Positions 36,509-50,330 of a stretch of DNA of 64,000 bases are shown here, one piece after another. The notes under the pieces are model-generated. The model was not told where the DNA came from. It saw only the letters and a program-made list of their open reading frames with translations, and did not search any database. Both the position numbers and the translations under genes were made by a program. Each line of letters begins with the position of its first letter. The first letter of the stretch is position 1. This DNA comes from Eledone cirrhosa (taxonomy: Eukaryota): NCBI GenBank assembly GCA_964016885.1, contig OZ024755.1, forward strand, positions 29,946,001-30,010,000, in the 5' to 3' direction.

Positions 36509-39105
36509 GTATGTAAGTTTTCTTTATATAAAGATAGCTAATGGGTTTTCCTTCTTTCTTTTTTATGTTTGTAGAATATATATATATATGCCCACTGTCC
36601 AATTGGTCAAGTAGAGATTAAAATTGGCACTCCCAAAAATTCTTATTTAGATAAAATGAACCATTTACTCATGGTATTCTCATTAGAAACCCATTATATA
36701 CTTGTTTAGCAGTAAATTGAATTAACATCTGTCATACACTATCCCCTCTTTTTCTTCCTCTATTACTAATATAAATACTTCAATTTTTCTGATTTTATCC
36801 AATTTATCCAAAATCTCTGAAGAAGTGACAACTGATTATACATTTGCTATCGAATACTTGCTAACATTATATGATTACGCAAGCAGCGATACATAGGTAT
36901 TCCGTCTGTTACAGAAACATATGTCAATACCTAATAAATTCCTTTTTTAAAAAAAAGCACTTTCATTTTATATTCATCCTTTCTATATATATATGTATGT
37001 ATATTCATACTGTCAATGTGGTTGGCATTAGGAAGGGCATCCAGCCGTAGAAAACCAGGCAGAAACACCCCTATGTAAGCGAGACAAGGTCACCAGACAC
37101 AACTTACCCCTAAATGGGTCCCGTCTAACTCATGCTAGCATGGAAGATGGATGTTAATCGATGATGATGATGATGTTGATAATTGTTTCTACTTTAGGCA
37201 CAAGGCCAGCAATCACCCAGTACATTACTGGTACTTTATTTTATCGACCCCGTAAGAATGAAAGGCAAAGTCAACCTCGGCGAGATTTGAACTCGGATCG
37301 TAAAGGGACGTAACTATGCTGGAAAGCATGGCGTCCAACCCTCTACCGATACTGCCAATTCAACGCCCTATTCGTAGCTAACTTTCAATGTATTATCATC
37401 ATCATTGCTTTTATGTCCCATTTTCCATACTAGTATGGGCTTGATGGGATTTTTTGAGGCAGTATTTTATAGTTATATACCTTTCCTGACACCAACCTTT
37501 TCAGTTACCTTTTACAACACACAGACATACATTGTGCCTATTCTATAAATAGTTGCTGAGATATTGAATCATCTGGTATGTTGAGACACAAACTGACTAT
37601 GCACATTGTAAACAAACTAATACATGACAGCACCATACCTAATGTCTGGTGTAGCAGCATCATTGTCAACTGTAACTAGGGCAACGGAGATACACTGGTC
37701 AGAGGAAACTATAGAAGAATCAAGTTGATGGACCAGGTCATGAAAGTAACTGAAACAGTTATTATACTACTTATTAGGGATACAAGATGCATTTTGGCTT
37801 TGTACCTAGTAAAGGCACCACAAATGCCTTCTTCCTTGTTAGATAGCTGTAGGAGAAGTACCTAGCTATGAGTAAACCGCACTACCTAGCATAAAGAAGT
37901 ACTGAGCATTCAAAGTTAATGGAAGGAGAGCTAGGAGAACTTGAGACGGTGAACCTTATGTAGAGGATGACCTGTTCAACCCGTCATTCTTCACACTTAT
38001 ATATATATATATACTTTTATTGACTTTTCGCCAAATTGGACCCAGGAAACAGTGTTTCCATTGGTCTTTCCAATTGCTAATACTCTATCAGTTGCACTCC
38101 AGGTAGAAGGAACAACATGAAATAAAGTGTCTTGCCCACGGACATAATGCACCGCATGGTCTGGGAATTTTAGAGCATTGGCCTTGCAATCGAAAGGTTG
38201 TGAGTTCGATTCTCAGACCGGGTGATGTGTTGTTTCCTTGAGCAAGACACTTTATTTCACATTGCTCCAGTTTACTCAGCTGTAGAAATGAGATGATAGG
38301 GACTGGGGTCCTTATCATTCCACTGCAAAGTGGTCGTGGAGGTGCCACGGCAAAAAAGCACCCAGCCCACACTGTAAAGTGGACGTGTAGGCACCACGGA
38401 AAAAAAGCACCCAGCACTCACTGTAAATGAGGTTGGTATTAGGAAGGGCATCCAGCTGTAGAAATCAAGCCAGAATCAGTTCCCGTCCCACCCTTGCAAG
38501 CAGGGAAAAGCGGACGTAAAATGAAAAATGAAATGATGATATATATATATATAGAAAGGATAAAAAGGACGATTGATTATTCCTTCATTGCATTTATTGA
38601 TAGGTGACGCGCATTTCGCCACTGATCAGCTCAAGGTTCGATCTATATATATATATATGTGTGTGTACTTTGGTTTTGTATTTGTTTTGCAAGATATTTC
38701 ATGTTAAAACATGTTGAAGCAGATCTTGTTATACTCTGTGAGGGTCACTTCAATTTATATTTTTTGATTAAGTAACTAATTTTTCCGTCTATTAATTTAA
38801 CAACTGGATGGTTGTTTAGTGCCTAAATGTTGTCATGTCTTTGGCAATAGTAGTCAATCTCTGTAAATAATAAGTGAGAAAATGTAGTAAAATACCCCTG
38901 AAGATGGCAAACAGTGGACATGTGCGTCAGAAGAGGTGGACCCTGTATCAGGATGCCACCACTTTCTTCTGTCTTCAGGGTACTTTACCTGATTTTTATC
39001 AACTGTTATTTAAAGTAATTGACTATTATTTTAGTCATTTGCGTTGTGATCACTACATTTTAAACTACATATATATGTACATATGTATCTTCATTTATTT
39101 TTCAG

Positions 39106-39145
39106 CACAACTTTGTGAGATCTTGCAACTACTACCAGCAAACAG
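39106..39145 (+). CDS. INTS15: INTS15-like, 40-bp coding exon 5
   Basis: TTTTCAG acceptor; AQLCEILQLLPANR; AG|GTTAG donor; phases 1/2 fit both neighbours. Confidence 0.8.
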
Positions 39146-39309
39146 GTTAGACCTTTTTTTCTATTTTGTTTAACCCAACTCATTCTTGCAATAACCTCTA
39201 TTTTCCTTATCCATAATTACTTTCTTATAACTTTCTAATAAATTTATTGTGAAAATGTTTTCTATATGTTGTGGGCCATCATTATACAAAGGTTTGACAA
39301 AGGCGAGTG

Positions 39310-41105
39310 CCTAATCCACACTGTAAGGTGGGCATGTAGGTGTCATGACAAATAATACCTAGCCCACACTGTAAAATGGTCATGTAGGTGTCACGACAAA
39401 AAGCACCCACTCCACACTGTAAAATGGTCATGTGGGTGTTACGACAAAAAGCACCCACGCCACACTGTAAAATGGTCATGTGGGTGTCACGACAAAAAGC
39501 ACCCACTCCACACTGTAAAATGGTCATGTGGGTGTCACGACAAAAAGCACCCACTCCACACTGTAAAATGGTCATGTGGGTGTCACAACAAAAAGCACCC
39601 AGTCCACACTGTAAAATGGTCATGTGAGTGTCACGACAAAAAGCACCCACTCCACACTGTAAAATGGTCATGTGGGTGTCACGACAAAAATCACCCAGTC
39701 CACACTGTAAAATGGTCATGTGGGTGTCACGACAAAAAGCACCCACTTCACACTGTAAAATGGTCATGTGGGTGTCACGACAAAAAGCACCCACTCCACA
39801 CTGTAAAATGGTCATGTGGGTGTCACGACAAAAAGCACCCACTCCACACTGTAAAATGGTTATGTGGGTGTCATGACAAAAAGCACCCAGTCCATGCTGT
39901 AAAGTGATTGTATAGGCAACATGGCAAAAAGCATCCAGTACGCACTGTAAAATGGTCATGTCGGTGTCATGACAAAAAGCACCCAGTCCACACTGTAAAA
40001 TGGTCATGTGGGTGTCATGACAAAAAGCACCCACTCCACACTGTAAAATGGTCATGTGGGTGTCATGACAAAAAGCACCCAGTCCACACTGTAAAATGGT
40101 CATGTGGGTGTCATGGCAAAAAGCACCCAGTCCACACTGTAAAATGGTCATGTGGGTGTCATGACAAAAAGCACCCAGTCCATGCTGTAAAGTGATTGTA
40201 TAGGCAACATGGCAAAAAGCATCCAGTACGCACTGTAAAATGGTCATGTCGGTGTCATGACAAAAAGCACCCAGTCCACACTGTAAAATGGTCATGTGGG
40301 TGTCATGACAAAAACACCCAGTCCACACTGTAAAATGGTCATGTGGGTGTCATGGCAAAAAGCACCCAGTCCACACTGTAAAATGGTCATGTGGGTGTCA
40401 TGACAAAAAGCACCCAGTCCATGCTGTAAAGTGATTGTATAGGCAACATGGCAAAAAGCATCCAGTACGCACTGTAAAATGGTCATGTCGGTGTCACAAC
40501 AAAAAGCACCCAGTCCACACTGTAAAATGGTCATGTGGGTGTCACGACAAAAAAGCACCCACTGCACACTGTAAAATGGTCATGTGGGTGTCGCGACAAA
40601 AAGCACCCAGTCCACACTGTAAAATGGTCATGTGGGTGTCACGACAAAAAGCACCCACTCCACACTGTAAAATGGTCATGTGGGTGTCACGACAAAAAGC
40701 ACCCACTCCACACTGTAAAATGGTCATGTGGGTGTCACGACAAAAAGCACCCACTCCACACTGTAAAATGGTCATGTGGGTGTCACGACAAAAAGCACCC
40801 AGTCCACACTGTAAAATGGTCATGTGGGTGTCATGACAAAAAGCACCCAGTCCATGCTGTAAAGTGATTGTATAGGCAACATGGCAAAAAGCATCCAGTA
40901 TGCACTGTAAAATGGTCATGTCGGTGTCACAACAAAAAGCACCCAGTCCACACTGTAAAATGGTCATGTGGGTGTCACGACAAAAAGCACCCACTCCACA
41001 CTGTAAAATGGTCATGTGGGTGTCATGACAAAAAGGACCCAGTCCACGCTGTAAAGTGATTGTATAGGCAACATGGCAAAAAGCATCCAGTACACACTGT
41101 AAATG
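39310..41105. repeat. 48-bp minisatellite (~37 units) expanded inside a SINE
   Basis: Unit CACACTGTAAAATGGTCATGTGGGTGTCACGACAAAAAGCACCCACTC; runs directly into the SINE 3' module at 41105-41262. Confidence 0.95.
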
Positions 41106-41502
41106 TGGTTGGCATTAGGAATGGCATCAAGCCGTAGAAACCAAGCCAAAATCTGTTCTGTGTGTGCGAATCACAGTCCCCCAGACCCGATCCCTCACAA
41201 AGGGACAGCCTGTCCTACCCATACTAGCGTGGAAAATGTACATTAAACGATTATAATGATGATTTCAGTGAAATTTCAAACTGATCAATTATGAGACTCT
41301 TGCTCGAACTACTCCCTTTTATACTTTCTAGCTGGTGCTGTATTTCCACCATGCTGGTTTCCACGAACAATTATTAGTTGGGTTCTAAGGGAAATTCCGT
41401 GAATAACTGGGACCGCAAATGTCGAGGGTACACTCTATATGAGTATTTAATTATGCATCTGATTTGTTTGTTGATCACTAATGTGTTTTTTCTATTTGAT
41501 AG

Positions 41503-41560
41503 GTTACTCAAATTGATAAAGACACTCCATCAGGGAAATGGTTCAAGTTCTGCTGTATGA
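41503..41560 (+). CDS. INTS15: INTS15-like, last coding exon
   Basis: TTTGATAG acceptor, phase 2; LLKLIKTLHQGNGSSSAV*; total CDS 1227 bp. Confidence 0.75.
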
Positions 41561-42304
41561 AGAAAACTTTCTTAGAGCTGCACTCTTTAACCAAGTCTAC
41601 ACGCTATGAGGCGTAGTGGGGGGGAAAATAATTTGCTTATTTCTAGCAACTTTTCAGAAAACATCACACAAAGCAACTTCCACACCTTCTGACTCACGTA
41701 GAGAAGAGAGGTAACTCTGTCACAGATTTTAACTCTTTAAATGGTGGTTAGTCAAATAAGTGGAAAATTCAAGAGCAAATTTACAATTTTGTTTTGTCTA
41801 TTTTTATACCAGTAATCACATTAATTTCGCTCGGTCTGTCAGTTAGTTATTCTGAGTTTTTTTTTACATTTAGAAAGGCATTTTCCCTTTACACACTACA
41901 TATATACATTAACAAATTATTAATTGGTTATTTGGCTTTTGGGAATTCATGAAATAAGATAAGTGTTTATGTGCCATGAAAAGATACGAATTCCTTATCA
42001 TATTATTTACGAATTTTATCAACTGTTTATCTTTTGCAGTTATCAAAGCAGATCATTATTAGGACTCTAGATTTTTTTGTTTTTGCTTTTTGTTTCTTTT
42101 TTGTGTCTTCTCTCAGTTATTTTTAGTCCAAGTTTTGAGTAACATTTTCTAAATTTCTAGCTGAGATAGAAAGCAGCTGTTCACATTCAGTATGGGTATT
42201 TGTATATATATATATATGTATGTATTCATTTATTATGGCTAAGTAGTGAGTGAGTTTTGTTACTCTTGAGTTTCATCTGTGCACTCTTACAGGATCATTA
42301 GACA

Positions 42305-42363
<59 letters not shown>

Positions 42364-43200
42364 CAATACATACACATATATTTAGAGAGAGAGAGAGATA
42401 TACACACACAATAAAACATATACAGGCATTCAATACTAATTATATGTATGTATTCAGTTAAACATAAAATTTATAAATGACAAAATAAAGATGGGTTTAC
42501 AATGCTTTGTTTACTGGATTCAGAATCTGGCTACAGTGATAATAGCCTCTCTGAGAATGCACTGTTCCCTAGCACCATTTCTTTTAAGAATCAAAATCTC
42601 TTTTATAGTCAGTATGATAAGTAAGTATTCAAATGAGTAAACTACTTAATGTTTCCCTATAAAAAAAAAAAAAGAAAGAAAGAAACCATATACAACAGTT
42701 TCTAAGTAAGTATTCTATTTATGTAAATATATATATAGTAAAGAAGTAAAATCCCGATGGTGAGCCCAGCCATTTCAACTTTCCATTGAGATTTAATCTC
42801 TGTAATCTGGCTACTCTGCATCGAGTACACACTTGAATTGTGGTTGTCCTGGTCCTCGCACCGTGGACACTTCATTTATATATATATATTGATTTTGCTC
42901 TTGTATAGTTTTCCTTTTTTACTCCTTATTTCAATATAAACACCAAAAACGAGTTACCTACCCTGTCATGCTAGCTCTTTTGAATCTCATGTTGGCAGCC
43001 AAGTGTCACCTTTGAATTAACACTGTTTGGTTCATACAAATCTGTGTCCATTTGTTTATCATTGTACTATAAATTCATTCCATATCAAAAGTGTCTTTTT
43101 TTTCTTTCTAAATTTTATTCTATTATGATAGTGTTAGTGTCATGAAAGTGGTTCTTAGAAAACGTCCACCTAGTACTTACTGTAAAGTGGTTGACATTAA

Positions 43201-43410
43201 CCCTTTAGCTATATCCCAGGCAGAATTCTCTCACCTCTTTCTGTTCAAACTGACCATAACTGGCCACTCATACTGATGTTGAGGTATTGTTCTCAAAATA
43301 AATAATATCAAAATCTCGTAGCTTCGATATTATGTGAGATAATTATATAAGATAAAGCCTTTACTACAAAAATACCATAGTACATATAGAGTAATGTAAA
43401 TGCTAAAGGG
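43201..43410. mobile_element. piggyBac-like MITE
   Basis: TTAA|CCCTTTAGC ... GCTAAAGGG|TTAA. Confidence 0.8.
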
Positions 43411-45309
43411 TTAAGGTATTGTTCTGAAAATAAATATCAAAATCTCATAGATTTGATATGTGAAACAACTATATGAGTTAAAGCCTTTACTATGAAAATA
43501 TAATAGTATATATAGAGTAATGTAAATGCTAAAGGACTAAGAAAGGCATCCAACTATAGAAACCATGCCAAATATGGAATGTTGATGTTGCTACCACTCA
43601 TCTGGTCTCAAATCATGACAACCTGTTCAACCCATGGAAAGTGGGTGTAAAATGATGACAATGATGATGATTTGTTTGTGGTGTTTTGTGTTCATACTTA
43701 TAATCGTTGGAGTTCCTTTATTTTGAGGCTGTTTTCTGTTACATTTTATTTATATCATCATCATCACCATTATCATCATACTTCTTGCAAGTTCTTTTTT
43801 CTTTTATTTAAATGTTTCTATTTTATTTAGTATTAACGTAAAAAGATACACACCCATCACAGAAAGACAAAATGGAGTAACTGGAACAAAATCAAAATAA
43901 GGAGGCAGAGAGGGCCAAAATAGTAATTGAGCAGGTCATACAATAAAAACTGAAGTGAGTGTCAACTGGTGCAGGTGTTTTTATTGGCAACATGACCCCA
44001 CCAAAGTGAAACAATATAATGAGAAGAAAAAGCGAAGTTAGAAATGAAGGGAGGAAAAACCCACCTTGGCTGGTGCATATATCTGAGCTGTGATTTGTAG
44101 ACAAGATGATGAAAGTATTGCCTTAAACAGCTAAAAAGTACTGTATCAGTCAGTCCACCTTACTGGGCTTCTTCTTCAGGTTTGTTGTCTTTGTCCCAAT
44201 TTGGCAAAGGAAAGCAACTGTTGAAACACTGAGCTCACTGTAGCTTTCATGAAAACCCATACCAGCAGGGAAGCAGACCTAAAATGATGATGGCGTACAT
44301 GGATATGTATAAATGAAAAATTGATGAAATATCAGCCTTCTATTTACATGTATAGAAACTGAGAAATGAAGAACATTTACAAGAAAAGGCTAAAATTTTC
44401 TCTACCATTATATATATATATCATCATCATCACCGTTTTACGTCCATTCTTCCACGCTAGCATGGGTTAGACAAGTTCTCCTGTTGTGGGCAATGTCAGG
44501 TCGGGTAACCTTGTCTTGCTCATATGGGAACTGATTTTGGCTTGATTTCTACAGCTGGATGCCCTTCCTAACACCAACCTCATTTACAGTGAGTGCTGGG
44601 TGCTTTTTTTCTGTGGCGCCTACAAGACCACTTTACAGTGTAGGCTGGGTGCTTTTTTTGTGTGGCGCCTACAAGACCACTTTACAGTGTGGGCTGGGTG
44701 CTTTTTTTCTGTGGTGCCTACACAACCACTTTGCAGCGGGAGGGGATGGGGGCATATTGTCTCTATGCTTCAGCTTCGGCTTGTTCCCGTGGGAAGTTGG
44801 GTCTTCTGTATTACTGCATGACGCCAGAGGTCACGGTCCTGTGTCATTGAGAGGTGCAATTGGGCAAGGTCCGCTTTTATCACCTCATCCCAGGTCTTCT
44901 TGGGTCTCCCCACTCCATGGCTTCCATATATATAAATGAAAATGTCTGTATGCAGGTGATGCATTTCCTACAGTTTCCATCTGAGTTGGTTCAAATTTGA
45001 TATATCGGTTATTTAGCTGCCGGAGCATTAAAATCTTTGTCTTCCCTAAAATAGCAAAGTTCTGGGTCTATTTAAAGACTTCCATGTTGAGGAGAGAGGG
45101 CATCTTTATAAGGCTGTATGTAGGAAAAAAAATTTGTATTCTTTTAATTATATCTTAAATAGTTTTAAAAATAATTTTTTTCTTCTGTTTTGTGTTGTTT
45201 TTCGGTGATAATAGAACCGAAATAAAATCCTTTGATATGGTTTAATCTGTTTTCTTTTTAATTATAAAACAGTTATCTAATTATTATTTAATTTTTTTTA
45301 CTGATCTCA

Positions 45310-45650
45310 ATCATGGGATTCCTCCGAAGGGTCTTTTTAGTAATGTTACTCAATAAAGTGTGTAGCTCGGAGATCAGAATCACTCCAGGTAGAGCTGCTA
45401 CTTCTCTGAATTGAGAGATCACAGCTCCAATACTATGGGCATGTGGTTAGAATGTCTCAGGAAAGAATCACTGGACAGATTTTACAGGCAAAACCAACTG
45501 GCAAGAAACCCTGGAGTAAACCCTGAGCAAGATTGTTGGATAACATCCAGGAGCTTGGCTTGGGGATCCAGCCAGATCAGTTGGAGACCGTTGCTTCTGA
45601 CAGGACTCTCCCAAAGGAGTGTTTGAGGACTCTTCCCCTATGACCCTCTT
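45310..45650 (+). mobile_element. RTE LINE 3' fragment (single-unit relative of the 53770 array)
   Basis: IRITPGRAAT frame equivalent to IRESLQVELLL.IERSQLQYYGHVVRMSQERI. Confidence 0.75.
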
Positions 45651-46247
45651 ATACAAGGCTTTGTCTAGTGGTTACTTAACTAGCTAGAAATAGCAACCAA
45701 ATCTCACTTCGATTACATCCTTGCTCCAACGATGACTGTAAATTTGGCCGGGTGTTTTACAGCTGGATGTTCTTCCAACCACATTTACAGTAACAGAATT
45801 ATCAAGCTTAGACTTGCCATAGGCAGTACATTAACAGTTGTTAGGTCAGCTTATGCACTACAATCAGTACTGCCAAATGAGCAAAATGATAATTTCTATG
45901 AGAAGCTCTTAATAATTGTGGAGAATGAATGGGAGAATCCAAAGGAGGCCATTAAGGATAGTGAGAATAAAAAAAAATGCCAAACTATCATGGATTGTCA
46001 TTGAGATGCTGTATCCAATGAAGATAGACTTGAGTAAGTCATGCACAGTCTACCATGATAGGGAAAGATACATGTACACCTGTTCCGAACACAAAAGAAC
46101 AAAACAACCACTGTCACTGCTTCCGTCTCTCCCGCTCTCCCCATCTCTCACTATTATGAGCTAATGGGGGCTCATGAGCTGGCCACCCCACAGAATAGAG
46201 AAGGCGTTATTCCAGCTCGTGAGGTTCACAAACATTATCATTGTCAA

Positions 46248-46745
46248 AGGGCGGTGCATTGGCAGTATTGGTAGAGTGTTGGACATGCTTTCCAGCGTAG
46301 TTACGTCCCTTTACGATCTGAGTTCAAATCCCGCCGAGGTTAACTTTGCCTTTCATCCTTACGGGGTCGATAAAATAAAGTACCAGTAATACACTGGGTA
46401 ATTGCTGGCCTTGTGCCAAAAGTAGAAACAATTATCATTGTCAAGGCGGTGGATTGGCAGTATCGGTAGAGGGTCGGATGCCATGATTTGACACAAAGAG
46501 TTACAGCCCTTTCCATTCATCATCATCATCATCATCGTTTAACGTCCATCTTCCACGCTAGCATGGGTTTGGACGGGAATTTTCCCACTTAAGGCAAGAT
46601 TGGTTGTCTTGCTCGTATAGGACTGTCTGGCGTTCAAATCCTGCCACAGTTAATTTTACCTTTCATCCTTACAGGGGTCGATAAAATAAAGTACCAGTAA
46701 TACACTGGGTAATTGCTGGCCTTGTGCCAAAAGTAGAAACAATTA
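46248..46745 (+). mobile_element. Cluster of family-A SINEs with a nested inverted SINE tail
   Basis: Consensus matches; repeated ATTATCATTGTCAA flanks. Confidence 0.8.
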
Positions 46746-46849
46746 TCATTGTCAACTGCAACAATAGCAAAGATGCTCTAGAAAAAAAAGGAACTACATC
46801 GGTATCAAACATGGATCAAGTCAAGAAGGTTACAGAAAAAGTATTAACA

Positions 46850-48200
46850 CAACTGATCAGGGAAAGAATTGATTATATATAACGCAATTATGATTTAGGC
46901 TATGATCAAGTTCCACTTAAACCTTCTTAGTGAGACAACTGATTGTAAGAGCAGTTGCAAGCAAAGGGTAAACTGGTATATTTAGCTTTTGTTGATTGGA
47001 CAGTATACCAAGCTCTGTAGTCTGGTGGTATTTAAGATAGCTAAGTACAGATGATGGCTTGGAAGAGTACAAGGTTATTGCTAGCTATGATAGAAAACTC
47101 AATGAGTTTAGTAAGGTGTTGAGTGTGCAAATTGGGGTTCATTAGGACTCAGTTCTTATAACAATCATGTTTACTATAGTTCAAAGCAATCAACGGCAGT
47201 GATATCAAGCAAGTCGAGGATTTTCAGTATCTTGAGTCATGGATCACGGACTCTGGGAAGGATTTCGCCGCCAGAAAGGCTCAAGTATGGTCAGCTTGCA
47301 ACAAGATGGATCGAGTTTTGCGCTCAAATCTTTCCAACCACACCACGATCAGACTCTTCCAAGTAACAATTCAAACAATCTTGCTATATGGAAGTGAAAG
47401 ATGGACTCTTTCATCCAAACAACAAAAGCGCCTTGATGCCACCTACACTCGCTTACTTCGACCCATTCAGAACATAAGCTGGCGACATCTGACTTTGAAA
47501 GAAATATATGCCGGCCTCCCATGCATATCTGTCGTACGTAAAAGGAGAGTAAGACTTGCTGGTCACTGCCATTGTGCCACCTACGAGGCTGTGTCCCCAT
47601 TAGTGCTTTGTAAACCACAAGCAGTCACTAATAACATGGGGTGCAAGCTCTCCTATCCTGATGTCATGTCCAGAGATTCTGGTATTGAATTCCAGGACTT
47701 GGTAACGGCAATGAACAACAGAGCCATGTGGAGATCAAATGTTGAGTCCATTTTGGCTGAGGCCACCAGATGATGACGATAGTTCTCCAGGTCATAACAG
47801 GAGTTTAAGACGGATGTCCATAGGAACTCCTGTATACTGATGAGCTAGTTCTTATAGTTGAATCTGTGAAAGATCTAGAGAAGATTCAAGATGTGGAAAC
47901 AAAATTAAAAAAACTCAGACAAAATTTAGCCAAGGATTTTAGTTGTAGTAAGTGTGAAAGAAGAGAAGGCCATCTTTGATATACAGAAAAGGTGTAGGTA
48001 GTCATTTTGTATGGTTTATTCAGAGTAAAATACAGATACAGGTAGTGGAACCAGAGCCATTCCAAGATAAAAAGTAGACTTTATATGTGGCACATACACT
48101 AGTGTAGTTAGAAGTAAGAGCAGCTGGCGATATAGACTTTTTAATCCAAGATTCCAAAGAAGTAGCTGATAGCTTCTCATACCTAGGTAACCCAATTAAC
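46850..48200 (+). mobile_element. Old RTE RT fragment interrupted by a younger RTE-like 3' fragment (47185-47780)
   Basis: Outer: YLAFVD, GVH*DSVL, ELLYTDELVL, SFSYLG. Inner: VEDFQYLES, TILLYGSERWTL, RLAGHC; ATAGTTC duplicated at both junctions. Confidence 0.7.
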
Positions 48201-48338
48201 AGTGAAGGAAAAAATAAAATAAAAGAACCATCAACTGTGGGTTTAGCTTGGTTACATAGAGTGACTTGCTCATACTCAACTGATCGTAGGTTCAAATTAT
48301 GTGGGTTAGCTTATCAAACTATTTTCAATTCAGTTTAA

Positions 48339-48773
48339 CCCTTTAGCATTTACATCACTCTATATTTATTATTGTATTTTCATTGTAAATGCTTTACCTC
48401 ACATAATTATCTCACATAATATTGAATCTGAGATTTTGATATTATTAATTTTGAGAACAATACCTTAACATCAGTATGAGTGGCTGGTTACAACCAATTT
48501 GAACAGAAAACGGTGAGAGAATACTGGCCGGATATGGCAGTTTAAATGCAAAATTGTTAATTACCATTACTCTATATATTACTCTATATATATATATACT
48601 ATTGTATTTTCACAGAAAAGGCTTTATCTTACATAATATCGAATCTATAAGTTTTTTATATTTATTTAGAAAACAATACTTTAACATCAGTATGAGTGGC
48701 CAACTACAGTCGGTTTGAACAGAAAGTGGTGAAAGAATTCTGGTTTGATACGGCTGGTTTAAATGCTAAAGGG
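48339..48773. mobile_element. piggyBac-like MITE (dimeric)
   Basis: TTAA|CCCTTTAGCATTTA ... TAAATGCTAAAGGG|TTAA, two internal units. Confidence 0.85.
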
Positions 48774-49499
48774 TTAATATATAATAAAAAAAAAGGGAGT
48801 GGATTGGCAATATTGCAAGAATGTTGACTAAAATTATTTGCTGTATTTAGTTACCTCTTTCTACATTCTGGGTTCAACCCCAATGAAGGGAACTTTGCCT
48901 TTCATCCTTTTAGGGGTAATTAAACAAAGTAGGTTTATGTTATTGATGACAATGGGAGTAAATATATCATTTTGAGGTACTACTTTTCTGGTATCCTTAC
49001 ACTTCACATTCCATTGTGACCTCACAGTTCAGTTATAGGTGACTCATACATATTAATCATGTAAAACAGACAACTTTTTCTTCTCAACCTTGTCCAACTC
49101 CCAATGTATCTTTATGGTATGAACATATACAAGATTTTAACATTTACTTGAAATATATCTCTTCTTCGTTAAACTCCACCAGTTGCAGACTGCTCAGCAA
49201 CATAAGATATTTTTCTCTACAAAGTTCGATCACCAGCAGCAGAGTTTAAAGATCAAGTCCAGTCCATAAGTTGACATTATCAAGCCATCGTTTTCACTGC
49301 CGGCCTCTGCTTCTCTTACCAGCCAACCTTCCTTTCAGGCATAACTTACTCACACCACGAGTTGATCATTTTATATGGCCGTATAGTATGAATACTCTTG
49401 ACTTGAAATATATATGGTATTAAATCTTTGATTTACTGGGCTATTTTTCCTTTTTCTAAATATTTCAATAACTCTAAAACAGGACTCTAACTTGTTATA

Positions 49500-49816
49500 C
49501 AGTGGAACCTTGGTTCACAAATACTTCGCATCACAAATAAATTGGTTCACAAACAATTTTTCTGAACATAAAATCTCCTGAGTAACGAACACACAAGCTG
49601 GCCACAACAGTTGATGACAAGCTGGGAGTATCGACAGAAAAGTGTCACATGCTGTGTAGTTAGTTACTATGGTGATATCTATCTGTCTTTCACACACAGT
49701 TTCTCTCTGTATTTCTCTCAACATTTTGTATGGGAAAAATAACTTTGGCTTACAAACATTTTGGATGATGAACGGCTTTCAGGAATGAATTAAGTATGTG
49801 AACTGATGCTCCACTG
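49500..49816. mobile_element. Tigger/pogo-type MITE
   Basis: TA|CAGTGGAACCTTGGTTCACAAATAC ... GTATGTGAACTGATGCTCCACTG|TA. Confidence 0.8.
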
Positions 49817-50104
49817 TATATTACTAAATGCTTGTTTGTGTGTATGAATACTCCGTCTCTCCCATAACGTTTTAAGCATTTTTTCCATTCCTCCTTGTAC
49901 TTTCATCTCCTCACTTTCTTGTTTGTAGACATAGTTCTTTTTATTTTGTATGTGATGAATATACTGACTCAATGTGTTTAACTACTTTTACTAACACACT
50001 CTATCATACTTCAACTCACCCACCTTTTCTTCTAATCCAGGAGATTTGCCACAGACAGTTGGTAAGTAATTTTCTCCATTTCTACTTGATGATTGTCTAG
50101 TTAA

Positions 50105-50330
50105 TTTTCTATATAGATAATGACCACAACCGCAAGGATATGGTACGAACGTGGAAAAGCTAAAACTCCAACTATCGTCGCCTCCATCTCTCTCGCTCTC
50201 GCCAGCCCTCTGCATGGTGAGCAAATGGGGGTCCCACGTGCTGTCCTCCACACAGCCCCGGTGTACAGAATAGAGAAGGCACCTCCCCAGAGGATGGTAA
50301 GAGAAATGTGCTGGAAGAGCCATTGACGCT
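50105..50330 (-). mobile_element. CRE-like retrotransposon 3' fragment
   Basis: WLFQHISLTILWG and the same 3' UTR (GGGACCCCCATTTGCTCACCAT...GGATATGGT) as the 9315 element. Confidence 0.75.

Noticed and set aside
39282-41059. Cys/His-rich repeat ORFs resembling metal-binding proteins
   Set aside because: Translation of the SINE-derived 48-bp array, with frameshifts between units
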